A stretch of DNA of 64,000 nucleotides from the human T2T-CHM13v2.0 reference genome, Homo sapiens (GCF_009914755.1 NC_060925.1); one strand, 5' to 3'. Positions 42,490 through 58,226 are shown, numbered from the stretch's first letter. Made by a program: numbers and translations. Notes: generated by a model from the letters alone, not told the origin.

Positions 42490-45400
42490 TCTGGAGCTGC
42501 CCCTTCTCTCCCCGCTCACCCCCAAAAGCTTACCTTCCCAGGATACCGTGCCATCAGAACAGCCCAGGAGCAGCAGGTGTGTGTGTTTGAGGGGGCAGGG
42601 GAGTTAACAGAGACCCTTTGTATTAGCATCCCATTTGTCAGGGCAGGGACAGAGGCAGCCTGCCTCTCTCATGCATCTCCAAGTTTCCCTGGGAGAAGCT
42701 CATCAAGCTCATTATCATAACCAAGATCACAATGCTGGCTCCTTTCATCTCTGTGTATTGCTTGCTGTGACTCATTCACCAAGTGTCAGGGCTGATTAGG
42801 AGTCATTGGAGTTGTGTGGATCCAGATACGTCACTCCTTGGGAGTGGAAATCAGGTGACACAGGTGAGGCCAAGGTGACCCAGCAGCAATACTGCAGCCC
42901 CAGCCAACACCAGGCCTCCCAGGTGCCGAACACCTCCTAGGTCTATCATGTTCCCTGCCCCAACCATATGCTACAGCTAGGACACAACTTAGCCAGAAAG
43001 AGGAAAGGGAGAGAGGCAGTAGGGCCTATAGGACAGCCACTGTGTGCCAGACATGGGATTAAGCACTGTACACCCATGGTCTCATTTGATCCACACGTTC
43101 AATCAGATCCCATCTGCGTTTTACAGTTAAGAAAAATCTCTAAGGCTCAGGACGGTGGTATTCTTTGCCACATGACGCACAGAGCGTTCATTGGGGGGCT
43201 GCCAGCCCTACCTCCCCAAGGTGCTTTCTCCTGGAAAGGAATGCATCCTCACTGTGAGCAGGGTTGGGTGTCCACAACTGGGGGTGCAGCCATGGGAATG
43301 ATGCCAGTCAGTAGACAAAGGATGAAATGGCTGAGCTGGTCAGGCCCGGGGTGGCTGGGAGCAACACACAGGGTGGGGAGTGGGGTCAGAAATGCCTGGG
43401 CTGAGGGCCATTCAACACCAGAGGCCCTTTGGGTGAGGAGCTGGGCCCAGGTGCATCTGCTGTCCTCTGAAAGATCCCAGAGGAGCTGGTGCATGGTGGG
43501 GAGGGGACAGAGGAAAAGGTACAAAACAGTTTTGCTTTGTTTTTTGAAGGGCTGGCTCTAATGCCAAAGAGACTCAGCCTTCGGGGTGGGACACTGCAGG
43601 GAAGACTGGACCAAGACTGTGGCTGGCCAGCCATGCCCCACAGGAGAGACAGGGGAAGTGGGCAATTCTATCAGAGGCCCAGGAGCCAGTCTGCCAAAGT
43701 GATCTCAGAGATGACATCATTGTCCACCATTGCGTTAGTCCCTAAGGCGACTCAGACAGAAACAAAGGGAAGGAGAGAAGCCAGGCAGACGGAGGAGAGC
43801 AGAGAAGTTCTTGGTGCACCCTGAGGAGGAAAGAAAGCCCTTTTCCTGGGGCGTTCTGGTGTGCAGGGTGCCTAGGAGGCACTCATGTCTGCCTCCTCCA
43901 TCCTGTCTTCTCTTGGAAAGTAGAGGGGCCCAGATGTCAAAACAGCACCAGCTACAGGACTTCTAAGAGATGTTTCAGTACAGACATTCAGCAACAATGT
44001 GTCTGGGACATCGCCTGTCATGGACACTTTGGAGCAGACAGGTGGGCCCTCATCTAGACCCAGAACTCACCAGTGTCCACCACAAAGGCCTGTGATCATT
44101 TTTAACTGTTAACACCTAATCCACATCATATTTTCAGTAGAACTGAAAAATGCTCACATTACAAGACCATTTGTGGGTGTATGAAATAGTTAATATTTTT
44201 GATTTATTACATTTTCACTTGGCTTTTATTGGCCCTCCTCCCCTCTGCATTTGCTGTCAGGGCTTTATGTGCCATGAACTTGTATGAACTCAAGACATAA
44301 TCACATCCTGGGCAGTGGGAGGGTGCCACGCCTCAGTCAGCCTCAGAAACCACCCCCCTAACCCGCCCCCAGTAACCCTGAGGCGGTAACAGACAAAGGC
44401 TTCCACCAGCCAGGGTGGTCTTACCCTCAGCACGCTAATGCAGGAGGGTGCCTAGTGGGCACACCGGGAGTCACAGCTTGGGCCACAGGATATCCCCCCA
44501 GTCCAGAGCCATCACTGACTCCAGAGCCCAGGCAGGTGGCTCTCACACAGGGCAGGCTTAGTTCTCTGGTGATTACATGTGGGATGACTCTACGCTTAAT
44601 CAGGGTGGTTAGAGCCTACAGAGAACAGAGTTGGACCATGCAGGACTGATATCTGCATAGATCTGGAAGATTCTGCCACCAGTGATCTGCCATGGGGTTT
44701 TTCTCATCTATAAGAGTGTATGCCCTGGCTCCAATCCCAGCCCTGCCCCATCCTAGCTGAGTGACCTTGGGCACGCCACTCTGATTCTCTGAGTTTCTGT
44801 TTCCTCTGTCAAGTGTGCTGGAAAGTGCGGCATTGGAAAGGCTGATGTGATAAAGGAGATAACATGGGCGAAGCTCCTGACACATGCCTGAAACCTAGTG
44901 TGGGTTCAACAAGCATGAATTCTCTCTCACCCTCACCCCAGCCCCAGATAAATGACCAGCATGTTGTGGCCACAGCCCAGCTAGGCGCTTCCCACCCACC
45001 ATCACCACTCCTTACCTGTTCCACAGACACCCAAACAGATTCAGTTCGCCCCTCAGCACCAGCAGGCACAGGGGAGTGGGGAGGACGCTGGGTGATGGTG
45101 GAGGGGGCAGAAAAGGGAATCCTCCCTGGTGTGAGGAGGAGAATTGGTGGTGTACCCAGCAGAGGCAGCCCCAGCTATGCCCCAGCTGGAAAAAACCGCC
45201 AGCTGGCCTCCGTGGAGGGAAGCCCAGGGTGGTGCCATTCCCCTCTCCATCCCCCCTTCCCTGCCACCAGACAGAGGCAGGGTGTTTGTGGGTTGAGTTC
45301 TCTCTATGACTCTGGAGCCCTGGGGACCTCACCTGCCTGGCTGAAAAGGTCCCGATGCCCCACTCTGCACCTGTCCTGGGGCCCTGGAGGCTGGTGTTTC

Positions 45401-46668
45401 CAACAATAGCTTCCAGCCCTGATTAAAATGCTGCAGCAGGGAGCATCAATAACCATTGGCAGCTGAGCCTCTAATAAGTATAATAATCACCATTAGGGAA
45501 AAGAGTAGGGGAGTGAGTGGGGCTGGTAATACAGTGATTATATTAATCTGCCTCCAGCCCAATCTGCATCCCTCTGCTCTTGGCATGCCCTCCTGGAGCC
45601 CGGCAGGAGGCACGGCGGCCAGCCAGAGCAGCCGGCCTGGCTTCACCCTGCCCCCAGCCTCTGGAGCTCCGCGGCCCCCACGCCCACTCCTTTCACCGAC
45701 CTGAATAAAAGCTCCCTGCCTGGATGGGAGGAGACAAAGGGAATATTAGGAAGGTGGGTAGGGAAAGAGAGAGGCGTGAGGAACTCTGTGCATGGAGACG
45801 AGCGGACAACTGCTGAGCCTGAGTCTGGGGTTTGGTGTTCAGGTTTTGAGAGTGTCTCACTTCCTGAGCAGCATGGGGCTGGTAATTTATTGAATCTCAT
45901 TTAATAGAAATGTACATCATGCTTACCATGTGCCAGGCATTGCTTAAAGCATTTTGCTGCTATCAACTCACTGAATCCTCATAATAGCCAACAAGGTAGA
46001 TGTTATCCTCACTTTGCAGATGAGGAAACTGAGTCGCAGAGTTGGTTAAGTAACGTACCCAATGTGATGAAACCTTAAGTGGTAGATCCAGGACTTGAAC
46101 CAGGTGGCCCAACTTTACTGTCTGTGCACTTCATCCCTTTCTATGCGGCTTCTATACCTCCACGGCTGGCACGTAGTAGACACTCGATAAACAATATTGA
46201 CTGCTGGTGCACTAGGTGCCCCAAGGTCCTCCTCATGCCCTCACTCCCAGACCCTGCCAATTATGATATTTAGCACTATCCTGTTCCCCTTCGTATGTAA
46301 ACCCCCATCCCAGAGTCTGAGAATGTTTCAAAATGCGTTTCTAACAAGCACTGGCAAGCGTGGAAGCGTCCTGGGTCTGTGGCAGAGCACCTCTTGTTCC
46401 TTCTTCTCCACTTTGTCTAGGTCTTGAATACGGACCAGGCCGTCCTCATGGCTGTGGGAACATGACACCAACCCAGAGGCCCTCTAGAGTGCTTTTTCTG
46501 GTGACATCCTTGCCTAGCCCTTCCATGTGTCTGATCTACTCTAAAAAGCCTAAAACTAAGTGAGCTGGTCTACTCAGCCACCGCCTTTCAGAGGAGGAGT
46601 TCGTTTGTCTCCAGAGGAGGAGTTTTATGAGGACGATATTAAGGTATTCATTAGAAATGGCCATGCAA

Positions 46669-47043
<375 letters not shown>

Positions 47044-49025
47044 CTACTCTGGGTACCTCATAAATTTGAGGAAGTGGCTCTATCATGATTTAGTTAACTG
47101 TTCTCTTAGGATTGATTACACAGATTGTTTCTGATTTTTCCTTATTATCAGTAATGTGGCAACAAATATATTTGTGCAACCAGTTTCTTTGTGTGGTTAG
47201 GATTATTCCCTTGGGATTGTCAGAATCAAGAATTACTGAGAAAAAAATAACCTGAACATGTTTAGGTTTTTGATGCATATTATCAGTTAGCTATCCTAAA
47301 GGATTTTAGTGGTTTATGTATTGCACCTGAAGCATTATATTAGCAATGTATAAACTTGCCTGTTTCTCTGTAAACTTACCACCACTGGCTTGTAAAAAAA
47401 TGCATTGCTAATTTTTTAGGCAAAAATCGATACATCATTGTTAGACTAAAAATTTGTTGTGGCAACTGGAGTTTAGTGGAAAGAGTGCGGAACTTGGAGT
47501 CAGATCTATTTTTGGAAGTTGAGTATAGAGCAAAATGTCCCCGGAACTGAAAGGAGAACAAATAGCCACTCTTTTGAGCAGTTAGGCCCTAAGTGGGCTG
47601 GAAGAATGAAAGGAAAGGGAAGGAAAAGAGACTGATCTTTGTATACTGGGCACTGCCTTAGGAGATGGGAAGTTAAAGTCAGTAAGGCAGTCCCTTGATC
47701 TGTTCACAACTGAATAGATTGTGAAAAACAAACAAACAAATACGCCATTTTACAGATGAGAAAACTGAGGATGGGAGCTATAAAATAACTTTTGCAAGAT
47801 CATACAATTCATCAGTAATGATATGAACTGCTAACAGCAATATATAGACTGCTAACCCCTAGCTAGACACTGTGCTAAGTACTTCATAAAGATCATCTCA
47901 TTTGCTCATTACCTCCCCAAATCCCCATGAAGCTGGTCCTATTTGTTCCCATTGTATAGACTTCCCAGCATCACAGAACCCAAAGCACACTTGGGCAGCC
48001 TGCCTCTGCAATTTGATGCCAAGGCCTGTATGCACACCCTATCGTCTCTCACAGCACTGGACACCCCATTGCAGACAACACGGGGGCTCCTAAATGCCTC
48101 CCTCTGTTTGCTCCAGGCTGTTTCCTCTTCTGGAGACACCCTTCCCTATCCCCCACCCTTTTTTGGACTTGGCTAACCCATTCATAAGGATCAGCTCAGA
48201 ATCAGCCCTGCCCCCTGCACCCCTGCCTCACCACATGCATGCCGTAGGTGTCCCTCTTACATGCTTTAGTGGGTAGACCTATTGCAGCACTTGTCCCACT
48301 ATAGTGTCATTGCGTATGTGCCTGTCTCCCCAGGGAGATGCCTTTCAGATTATAGGCTGTGTTTTTATCCCAGTATTCCTTTACCTTAGCACTCCTGGCA
48401 CACAATAGGCCTCAACAGGTGTTTGTGAATGAATGCTGTCTGTTATTCAAGCCCAGATTTGACCCATTCCAGAGACCGAGACTGAGGAATTTCCAGCAAA
48501 GCCGAATAAGGCAGAGTGGGAGGATGCACCGAAGCTGGAGCCCTGGGATCTTCTCCTGGGGATAACTCTGCAATCTCTTGAGCCAGCCTGAGATTTTCCA
48601 TTCTCCACACCTTCACCTTGAGACCAATAGGACTTCTCATAAAGAACCTGGGGTGCTCAGGAGGGAGACTCTATGGAGGCACAGAACCTTCAGCCTGGTG
48701 GGAGGGCAGTAAATTAAATTTCTCTGCTAACAAGCTCATCCCGGAACAGCCTCCCCTACAGACTGGTCCTCTGGGAATAGAGACCTGGCTGTTTTCTTTT
48801 TCTGCTGTCATAGCCAGTTGCTGGCTGAAAGTGCAGGAGGCCCAGGAAGCTGCTGGCACACAAGAGGAAAGAGAATGGGGCTTGGGGATGGGGGTGAGGG
48901 GTTCAAATGCTGCCTAGAACCTGCCACTGGCAGGTTCTCCAGGGAGGCTGGGGAAGCCTTCTAGACCACAGACCACCAGGCCCAGGGCGTGAGATTCTAA
49001 CTTCCCTCAGAAATGGGCCCACACA

Positions 49026-49196
49026 GGCCAGGTACACTGGCCCACACTTGTAATTCCAGCACTCTGGGAGGCTGAGGTGGGAGGATCACTTGAACCGAGG
49101 AGGTGGAGGCTGCAGTGAGCCAAGGTCATATCACTTGTACTCCAGCCTGGGCGACAAAGTGAGACCCTGTCCCTAAAGCAAACAAACAAACCAAAA
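49026..49196 (+). mobile_element. Alu monomer (FRAM/FAM-like)
   Basis: Single diverged monomer with (CAAA)n tail. Confidence 0.75.
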
Positions 49197-50111
49197 CCTG
49201 TCAGTGACTTACTGTTTGATATCCTGGTCATCATTATGGGAAGAAACAGAATTCTTGGTGTTCCTTACTCTAATTTATCTCTGGTTTAACTTTATGTTAT
49301 GGGGATGTGGGGGCAGTGAGGAAAGCACCAGTGTCTTTTTACGGCCCAGGACATCCTAAGTACCTTACCCCAGTCCTGGCAAGCTTGCAGGACATGCTAA
49401 AGATGGGAGCCTTTAGTTGGCATCGCTTACTTGGCCTGGGATGAAGTCTTGACCTCCCATCTGGAGCTAAATGTCCAAGCCAAGGGGCATCTGGGGGTGG
49501 GACTGCCCTTTGCCCAGCCACGGCCTTGTGGGCTGATGGCAGACAGTCATGTTCTTATGAGCCACTTCCCCCAATGGCTGACATTTCATCTTTGGAGAGG
49601 AAAGCTACCAGAGTCAAAGAGGGAGGCGGGTAAGAGAGGACTAGGCTATACCTTGCACGATTAGTCTTTCATAAGTAGTGTTTAAGGATCAGGATGAAAA
49701 ATTAAAAAAGCAAAAAACAAAACCAGCAAGCCAATTCCTCTCAAGAAACTTCCCTGAAAGAAAAGGGAGGAAATCAATATTTAATTCAGACTTCATTGAT
49801 TTGCAGTTTGGGTACCACACTCAGCACTCGATTCTGTCCCGGTTTCCCAGTAAGAGATTATGGAGTCCCTGGCAAAGGATACTAAAGGGCCTGAGGGAAA
49901 GGCAGCGCCAGGGAAGAGAAGCCGGGAACTTTGTCTTGAGTCAACTTTCCCCAGCTGCTCCCTGCCCCAGTGTGGGGCACCTCCCCTCCCTGAGGGCTTC
50001 GCTGAGCTGGGAGGGATGAACCAGGCCTTCCTTGGCCCACTCCCCTGCCTCTGAGAAGAGCAGCAGCCAAACCCCCCCTCAAAGAGCTGTGTGCACTTGA
50101 CACAAACGTGC

Positions 50112-50112
50112 A

Positions 50113-50155
<43 letters not shown>

Positions 50156-50760
50156 ACCACTCCTCCACTCACATACCACACCTACAGACACTCACATAAG
50201 CTCACACAACACACACACTCTCACACACACTTGCACACCACTCCTACACTCACATACCCACCTAGACACACTCACATAAACTCACACACCAAACTCCCCC
50301 CCCACACACTCTCACACACCACTCCTACACTCACATACCACACCTACACACACTCACATAAGCTCACACACCACACACTCACACACTCACACACCACTCC
50401 TACACTCACATACCCACCTAGACACACTCACATTAGCTCACACACCACACACACTCACATTAGCTCACACACCACATACACTCACATTAGCTTACACAGC
50501 ACACACACTCACATAAGCTCACACACCACACACTACATTAGCTCACACACCACACACACTCACATTAGCTCACACACCACACACACTCACATAAGCTCAC
50601 ACACCACACACTACATTAGCTCACACACCACACACTCACATTAGCTTATACAGCACACGCACGGCACACACACTCCCACACACACACCCTCTTACGTACA
50701 TTCACATACACTCCATACCACATACACTACACACACATACACCACACACACACACACACA
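50112..50760. repeat. CA-rich compound micro/minisatellite
   Basis: (CT)n(CA)n followed by ~23-25 bp units like cacactcacattagctcacacacca. Confidence 0.93.
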
Positions 50761-50986
50761 AAATGCCCTAACTTTACTTAACTAGCCTAAAAAAAAACCC
50801 CTAATTTTTCAAAGATACAAACTGAAGTATCTAGGAATGAAAAATCATACCTGTAACTTACTCTAAAATACTTTGGAAAATAAAAGACCAAAAAAACTTA
50901 GCCAGGAAACTTCAAAAGTTCACAGTTCTTTTCTTTTTCATTCCTCAGGCCTTCTAGCTAATCTAAGCTATCTAAAGTCTAGTCTA

Positions 50987-51280
50987 GGCTGCGCGCAGTG
51001 GCCAGACCTGTAACCCCAGCACTTTGGGAGGCCGAGGCGGGCGGATCACTTGAGCCCAGGAACTGGAGACCAGCCTGGATAATGTGGCGAAAGCCCTACA
51101 AAAAATACAAAAATTAGCCAGGCATGGTGGTGCATGCCTGTAATCCCAGCTACTTGTGGGGGCTGAGGCAGGAGGATTTCTTGAACCCGGGAGGTCGTGG
51201 CTGCCGTGAGCTGAGATCATGCCATGGCACTCCAGCCTGGGTGACAAGGGAGACCCTATTAAAAAAAAAAAAAAAAAAAA
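50987..51280 (+). mobile_element. Alu
   Basis: Full dimer with poly(A); TSD aaagtctag. Confidence 0.9.
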
Positions 51281-52415
51281 GTCTAGCCTAAATCCATGTT
51301 GTTGCAAATGAAGCATGTGCCATTCTGTTCCAACACTGGATGGCAGAGAAACTGGCTGCTCACCCCCCCACCCCACCCCCACCCCAATACCCAAACAGAT
51401 GGGAAGGCAGTGACTAAATGCTGGAAGAAAAATTGAATATCCCCACGAACACATGGCCAAGCTATCAATCAGCCACTCATCAAATTCTGTGGCAGAGCCG
51501 CCCTGCTGGTGAGAGGGGCATGTAGGGTGGGACAGTAATGACAGAAATATGGAGAAGTATGATTTGAGCACCTCAGCCTTCTCTGTCAGCATGCAGTCTA
51601 CGTGGGGAAATAAGCTCAGAGCACCCAGGATCAGAGAGCTCCAAGTCAGCAATAAATGGCCTAGTGGGTCAGACCATGATTTTTTAAAAAATTAATTAAA
51701 ATAAACAACACACAAAATTCTCTCCTAGCACTTCAGAGCTTATACAATTTCCAATGCTCTTCTCCATCTGTTGCCTTAGTTGGTTCTTGTTGAGAATACT
51801 ATAAAATGGTTATGGTTGGAATTTTGTGTCTCCATTTTACAGATGAAGACACTGAGGCCCGGGAAGTTGTGTAAATGAGCAGCATAGAGTGGTCAATGGC
51901 AGGGCTGGGACCAACACCCATACCACTCCCACATGGCTATTCTTTCTTGCAACTTGAGAGGGCTTCTGGATACGCCACCCCACCGCCACCACCGTGAGCC
52001 CAGGGCTCAGAGCTGGGCAAGCTCTAGGCAATCTTCCTGAGCTTTCTTCCTCTCTCAGCCCAGCAGCAGATGCAGCCAATATCCAACTACCCAATCCTTC
52101 TCAATATCTATGAACCCTCTCAGTGATCTGCCTCTGATCCCCTCCAGCACACAGAGTTTGTGTAGGTGAATTTGTATGGGAATGTATGCAGTGGAGACAA
52201 GAGTCTGGAATCCGAAGGCCTGGGTTTTCAGTCTGTCTCTATGTTCAGTTGGCTGTTCTACCGTGGAACCCCAAGTCCTCTTTTTGGCCCCACTGGTTCC
52301 TCTGTTCTTCTCAGGTCTCCTTTCTAGCCTCAGGAATGTGCCGAAACTCAGAGAACTGCTTGTTCTCTGAAAAGCTGCCACCACCCACACATCCCCTGGG
52401 GTTCTCCTCTTTCTG

Positions 52416-52894
52416 TGCAGTAGGATGCTGTCCCCCCAGTTCTCGTTTCCCTGCTGCCCCCATGCAGTAGGATGCTGTCCCCCCCAGTTCCTGTTTCCCT
52501 GCTGCCCCCATGCAGTAGGATGCTGTCTGCCCAGTTCCCATTTCCCTGCTGCCCCCATGCAGTAGGATGCTGTACCCATTTCCTGTTTCCTTGCTGCCCC
52601 CATGCAGTAGGATGCTGTCCCCCAGTTCATGTTTCCCTGCTGCCCCCATGCAGTAGGATGCTGTGCCCCCAGTTCCTGTTTCCTTGCTGCCCCCATGCAG
52701 TAGGATGCTGTGCCCCCAGTTCCTGTTTCCTTGCTGCCCCCATGCAGTAGGATGCTGTGCCCCCAGTTCCTGTTTCCCTGCGCCCCCATGCAGTAGGATG
52801 CTGTCCCCATTTCCTGTTTCCTTGCTGCTCCCATGCAGTAGGGTGCTGTCCCCCCAGTTCCTGTTTCCCTGCTGCCCCCACGCAGTAGGATGCT
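52416..52894. repeat. Minisatellite, ~46-47 bp unit, ~10.3 copies
   Basis: Unit tgcagtaggatgctgt(g/c)ccccagttcctgtttcc(c/t)tgctgccccca; gcagtagg counted 11 times. Confidence 0.96.
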
Positions 52895-54471
52895 CTTTTA
52901 CCATTTCCTACTTTCTTACTGCCCCCAAAAACATGTAGATAGGTGGTTCCCCTCATCAGGAGTTCACTGCTCATTACTCAGGGGAATGGATGGGAGATTA
53001 AATTATCAAGCAAGGGGAAATGACAAAGGTTCCAAAATTTGTGACATGTACCTAGTCTTGGCCCCTCTTGTGTAAAGTTCTTTTGTTATTTTTATTTATT
53101 TTTTAAGAAAAGACAGGGGTCCCCATTTGTTTTCATCATCTGATTTTGTTCACCCAAGTGGGCTCTGTGACTTCCACCATCTTTTGGCCATCCCTGTGTT
53201 AGCAAAGGCCGCACTGATTCCTTTCCTCCTGCTCGTCCTGCTTCTCAGCACTTGGGCCTAAAAATGCAGGTAAGGCAGAACAGTTCCTGTCCTTCTAGCT
53301 GATATGGGTTCACTAGCTCTCTGTCTCACCCAAAAATGATACTTTCTCAGCATTTCTGCATTAGCTTGTGGCCTTGGCCAGGGCTCCTGACCACTCTAAG
53401 CCCAGGATTCCTGATCTGTGAAAAGAGGCCAAAAATACCTCCTTCCCAGTGTTGAGATAATGGACTGAAAGTGCCTTGGACATTGCAAAGGGCAATTCTA
53501 TCGTGAACTTTTTATTGTACCTAAATAAAAAAGAAATGATCAATGCCTCTCATTAATAGCTATAATTTATTGAGTGCCAACTAGGTGCTGGTTACTATAT
53601 TTAGTGCTCTACGTACATTATTGCAAATACTCTCAAGAACAGTAAGGAAGGAATGACCCCATTTTATAAATAAGTGATCTAAAGTATTCAACTAAGTGGT
53701 AGAGTTGAAATTTGACCCTAGGTGTGTCTGCTTGCAGTTTGTATTTTTCCCTACCCCAATCTGTGTTTTAAACAAACCCTATACCACACACAGGCTTCCG
53801 TTGCTATATTTATCACATTATATTTGTGATATCACATTGTGTGTGATACATCATTGTATCATGTACACATGTACACCTTGTATTATTACACGTGTGTGAT
53901 ACACATGTGTATCACTTTGTAATTTGCTTGTTTATAGGTTTCTCATCTAGGAGACCATGCCCTGGTGGTGGCCCAAGACTATACATCTTGGTCATTTTTG
54001 TAGCATCGGCTCCTCTATGGCTGTCACATAATAGGCATTCAGTAGGTGTTAGTGACTGATTTTATAAGTATAGCTATTCATCCAATCTGATTTCCTCCTC
54101 ACCCTCTTCAGAAGCCCAGTTTAGAGGTGAGGAGTGGGGGGCTGAGAAATAGAGCATGCAAGCCCTTTGCCATTCTCCACCTAGGGGGCTCTAAATCCAG
54201 AAGCTGTCCCCAGAAATCTGCCTCCTCCCAAAGTTCTAAGAGCTCATACATATTCATAATAGGCAAATACACTGAGAAGATATATTTATTTTGTTTACTA
54301 AACTGGCATCTCTGCAAATTTATAGCAGAAAATGACTAAGTCTGTTTCCTTGTGTGCTTTCATAGCCTGAAAGTTGAATTGATGTTGCCTCCAAGACTGG
54401 CAGAGTGAGGAGGCAAGAAAATCTGGGCCACCACCCGCCCAGAGCTAGCCCAGGGAGACAGGGACACATGA

Positions 54472-54969
<498 letters not shown>

Positions 54970-54971
54970 TA

Positions 54972-55263
54972 TTTTTATTGTTTTTAAACACAAGGTCTCA
55001 CTCTGTCACCCAGCCTAGAGTGCAGTGGCACAATCATAGTTCACTGCAGCCTTGAACTCCTGGCCACAGGCAATCCATCCATCTCAGCCTCCCAAGTAGC
55101 TAGGACTTACAGGCGTGCACCACAACTCTCAGTTAATTTTTTTATTTTTGCAGCGACGGGGTCTATGTTGCCAGGCCGGTCTCCAACTCTTGGGCTCAAG
55201 CTCTCCTTCTGTCTTGGACTCCCAAAGTGCTGAGATTACAGGCGTGAGCTACCATCCCTGCCC
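54972..55263 (-). mobile_element. Alu (AluJ-like)
   Basis: Diverged reverse-complement dimer directly beside the previous Alu. Confidence 0.85.
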
Positions 55264-55944
55264 TGCTTGCTCCCCCAAAAAAACTACTTCAACAAAATGT
55301 TTACGTGTGCTTACTGATGTTTCCTCCCCAACTACTGAATTTATCCTTTGCTGAGCATTACTTGAAATTGTCAAAAGCTGGAAGTAATGCAAAAAGATGA
55401 CTGCTTGTCCTCTTGATGTTCTACTGTGATGTGTCTAACAGGCCCACCAAAATTTATTTCATTCACTATAAGAAACGAGTCTTTGCTTGCCTTCATATTG
55501 ACTATATATTAGAGCCTGGATTCATTAACACTTATTAACATTACATGTTAATTTGTATATTTTTGTCTAGTAAAGATGAAAATTTTTGCTCTTTGGTAGA
55601 AGAATAATTGCGAAGGCTACAGTTTTGTTGCACTGTAGGATATTAACTGATTTTGCATCTAATTTAATAAACTTATTTATGCATTCTTTTCCCAACTAAC
55701 TATATAAATCTCTGTCCATCAAATGCTCTTAAGAACCGTCTTTAACATACTGCTGGTTCCCTTGTTAACGAGTTAAATGGATCTTTGACACATGTCCATT
55801 CTATATTTGTATGGAAGCCACGTTTTAAAATTCTTTGAAAATTATACTTTGACCCACTTCCCCCTTAAACAGAAGCCTGTTCCAAAGAACCAGAACACGC
55901 TCTGCTCAGCTCACCTCATGGTAGAGGGAGCAGTTCAGGGTATA

Positions 55945-56331
<387 letters not shown>

Positions 56332-56334
56332 TAG

Positions 56335-56745
<411 letters not shown>

Positions 56746-58226
56746 CAGCTTCATCTTTAAGATCACTAATCAGGTAAATCACTCCCTTGCTCTTCCGGTG
56801 GAGTGAGAGAGGGCTGGGGTGAGAAACCAGGAACGTTACTCTAGCTAAGTTGTTTCTCATGGAAACAGGAAAAGTAGAGAATGCATTCATCCCCACTTAT
56901 TAGGGCCCAGCATGAGAAACAGCGATAAGCCCAGTGGGAAACTGACCACTGGGCTGGTAGCGGATGGAGGAAGATGGGCAATGTACCTTTCCTGGTAAGG
57001 TCACCAGGACTAAAACTCCAAGGACACAGCCAATGGCCACCAGGACTCCATTTATTTAGAGGGTTAGCCTTCTGGTATCCAGGGCTGAGTCGGCTCAGGG
57101 CACTAGGAGCAGCTGGAGGTTCCAGAAGAGAAATAGAAATTCTTTGAGCAGCATCTCTGCCTAAACAACCCTAACTGCATCCTTCCCCATAGTGTTACTT
57201 GGGTTACCCTCAGGTCCTAGAAATCTAAACATGGTCTGGACTGCTGGGGAATTAACCCAGCCACATCTCAGATGACTGTGGTCTTAATTCAGACCAAGAA
57301 ATAGACTGTATTTCAGCATTAATAGGGGAAGCATATAAAATTAATTTAAGACCTTTCATGCACCAGGTACTGGGTAGATGTTTTTGTATATTTTGTGTGT
57401 TGCAATCCTTATGACAACCTCATGAGTGAAAACTTATTATCTGCTAGATAAAATAAAACTAAGGCCCAGAGAGGCTAGGTGGCTTGTTCAAAGACACAGA
57501 GCAAATTAATATAGAGATGGGATCAGAATTAAAGTCTGTGGCACCAAAGCCTGTTCTTAACCCCACAAAGTCTCATTCAAGTGAGTAATTCAGCATCTCT
57601 CAGGTCAAAGTTCTGCAGATTCAGGCCCCGGTGCCTAACCACTGTGAGATGTCAGACAAAGGCTGACCTTGTTTCTCTTTCATGAGGATTACCACTTCTG
57701 ACGTCTCCTAGAGCTTCCATGGAGAATGTAAAATTAAATGTGGACCCAGAATCGCAATCAATTTTCATTGCAGTTTCTGTTGGAGTTGGCTTACTTCTTT
57801 CCTTGAAAGGTTCTTGTAAGAACTAGCTGCAGTCACAAGATGATTCATGATTAGGAGCATGCTGAAGTTAAGATGGCCATTTGAGAAAACACAGAGCAGG
57901 CTGTGTCACCTCCTTGGCAGCCGGGAGGTCTTGGGTGATGACTCCCTTGTCTCTCGGCTCTTGGCCAACTGGTCCACCACTGACAAGCCTGTTCAAAGCC
58001 ATTCTATCCCTCACAGCCCAGGGAGTGTTACCACTCCCCAGCCAAGAGCTGGAGAATCCTGTTCTAGCCACAGAGATAATATGTGTACAAGAAGAGTCTA
58101 TCTTTTTTCCCTCCTTCAACCCCAATCCCATAGGGACAAGAAACAGAGGCAGAGACAGGGAGAATGAGTAGAGGGAGGAGGTTAGCACAAAGAGAGAAGA
58201 AGCCCATCGCCCGGCCCCTGCCCAGA

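Noticed and set aside
50091-50644. His/Thr-rich ORFs
   Set aside because: Translation of CA repeats.
52055-52974. Repetitive ORFs, or a CRISPR-like array
   Set aside because: Head-to-tail minisatellite without unique spacers, no cas genes, and a mammalian context.
55280-55860. AT-rich block as an RNA gene or pseudogene
   Set aside because: No snoRNA, tRNA or ORF signature recognised; probably an old repeat that I cannot name without Dfam.
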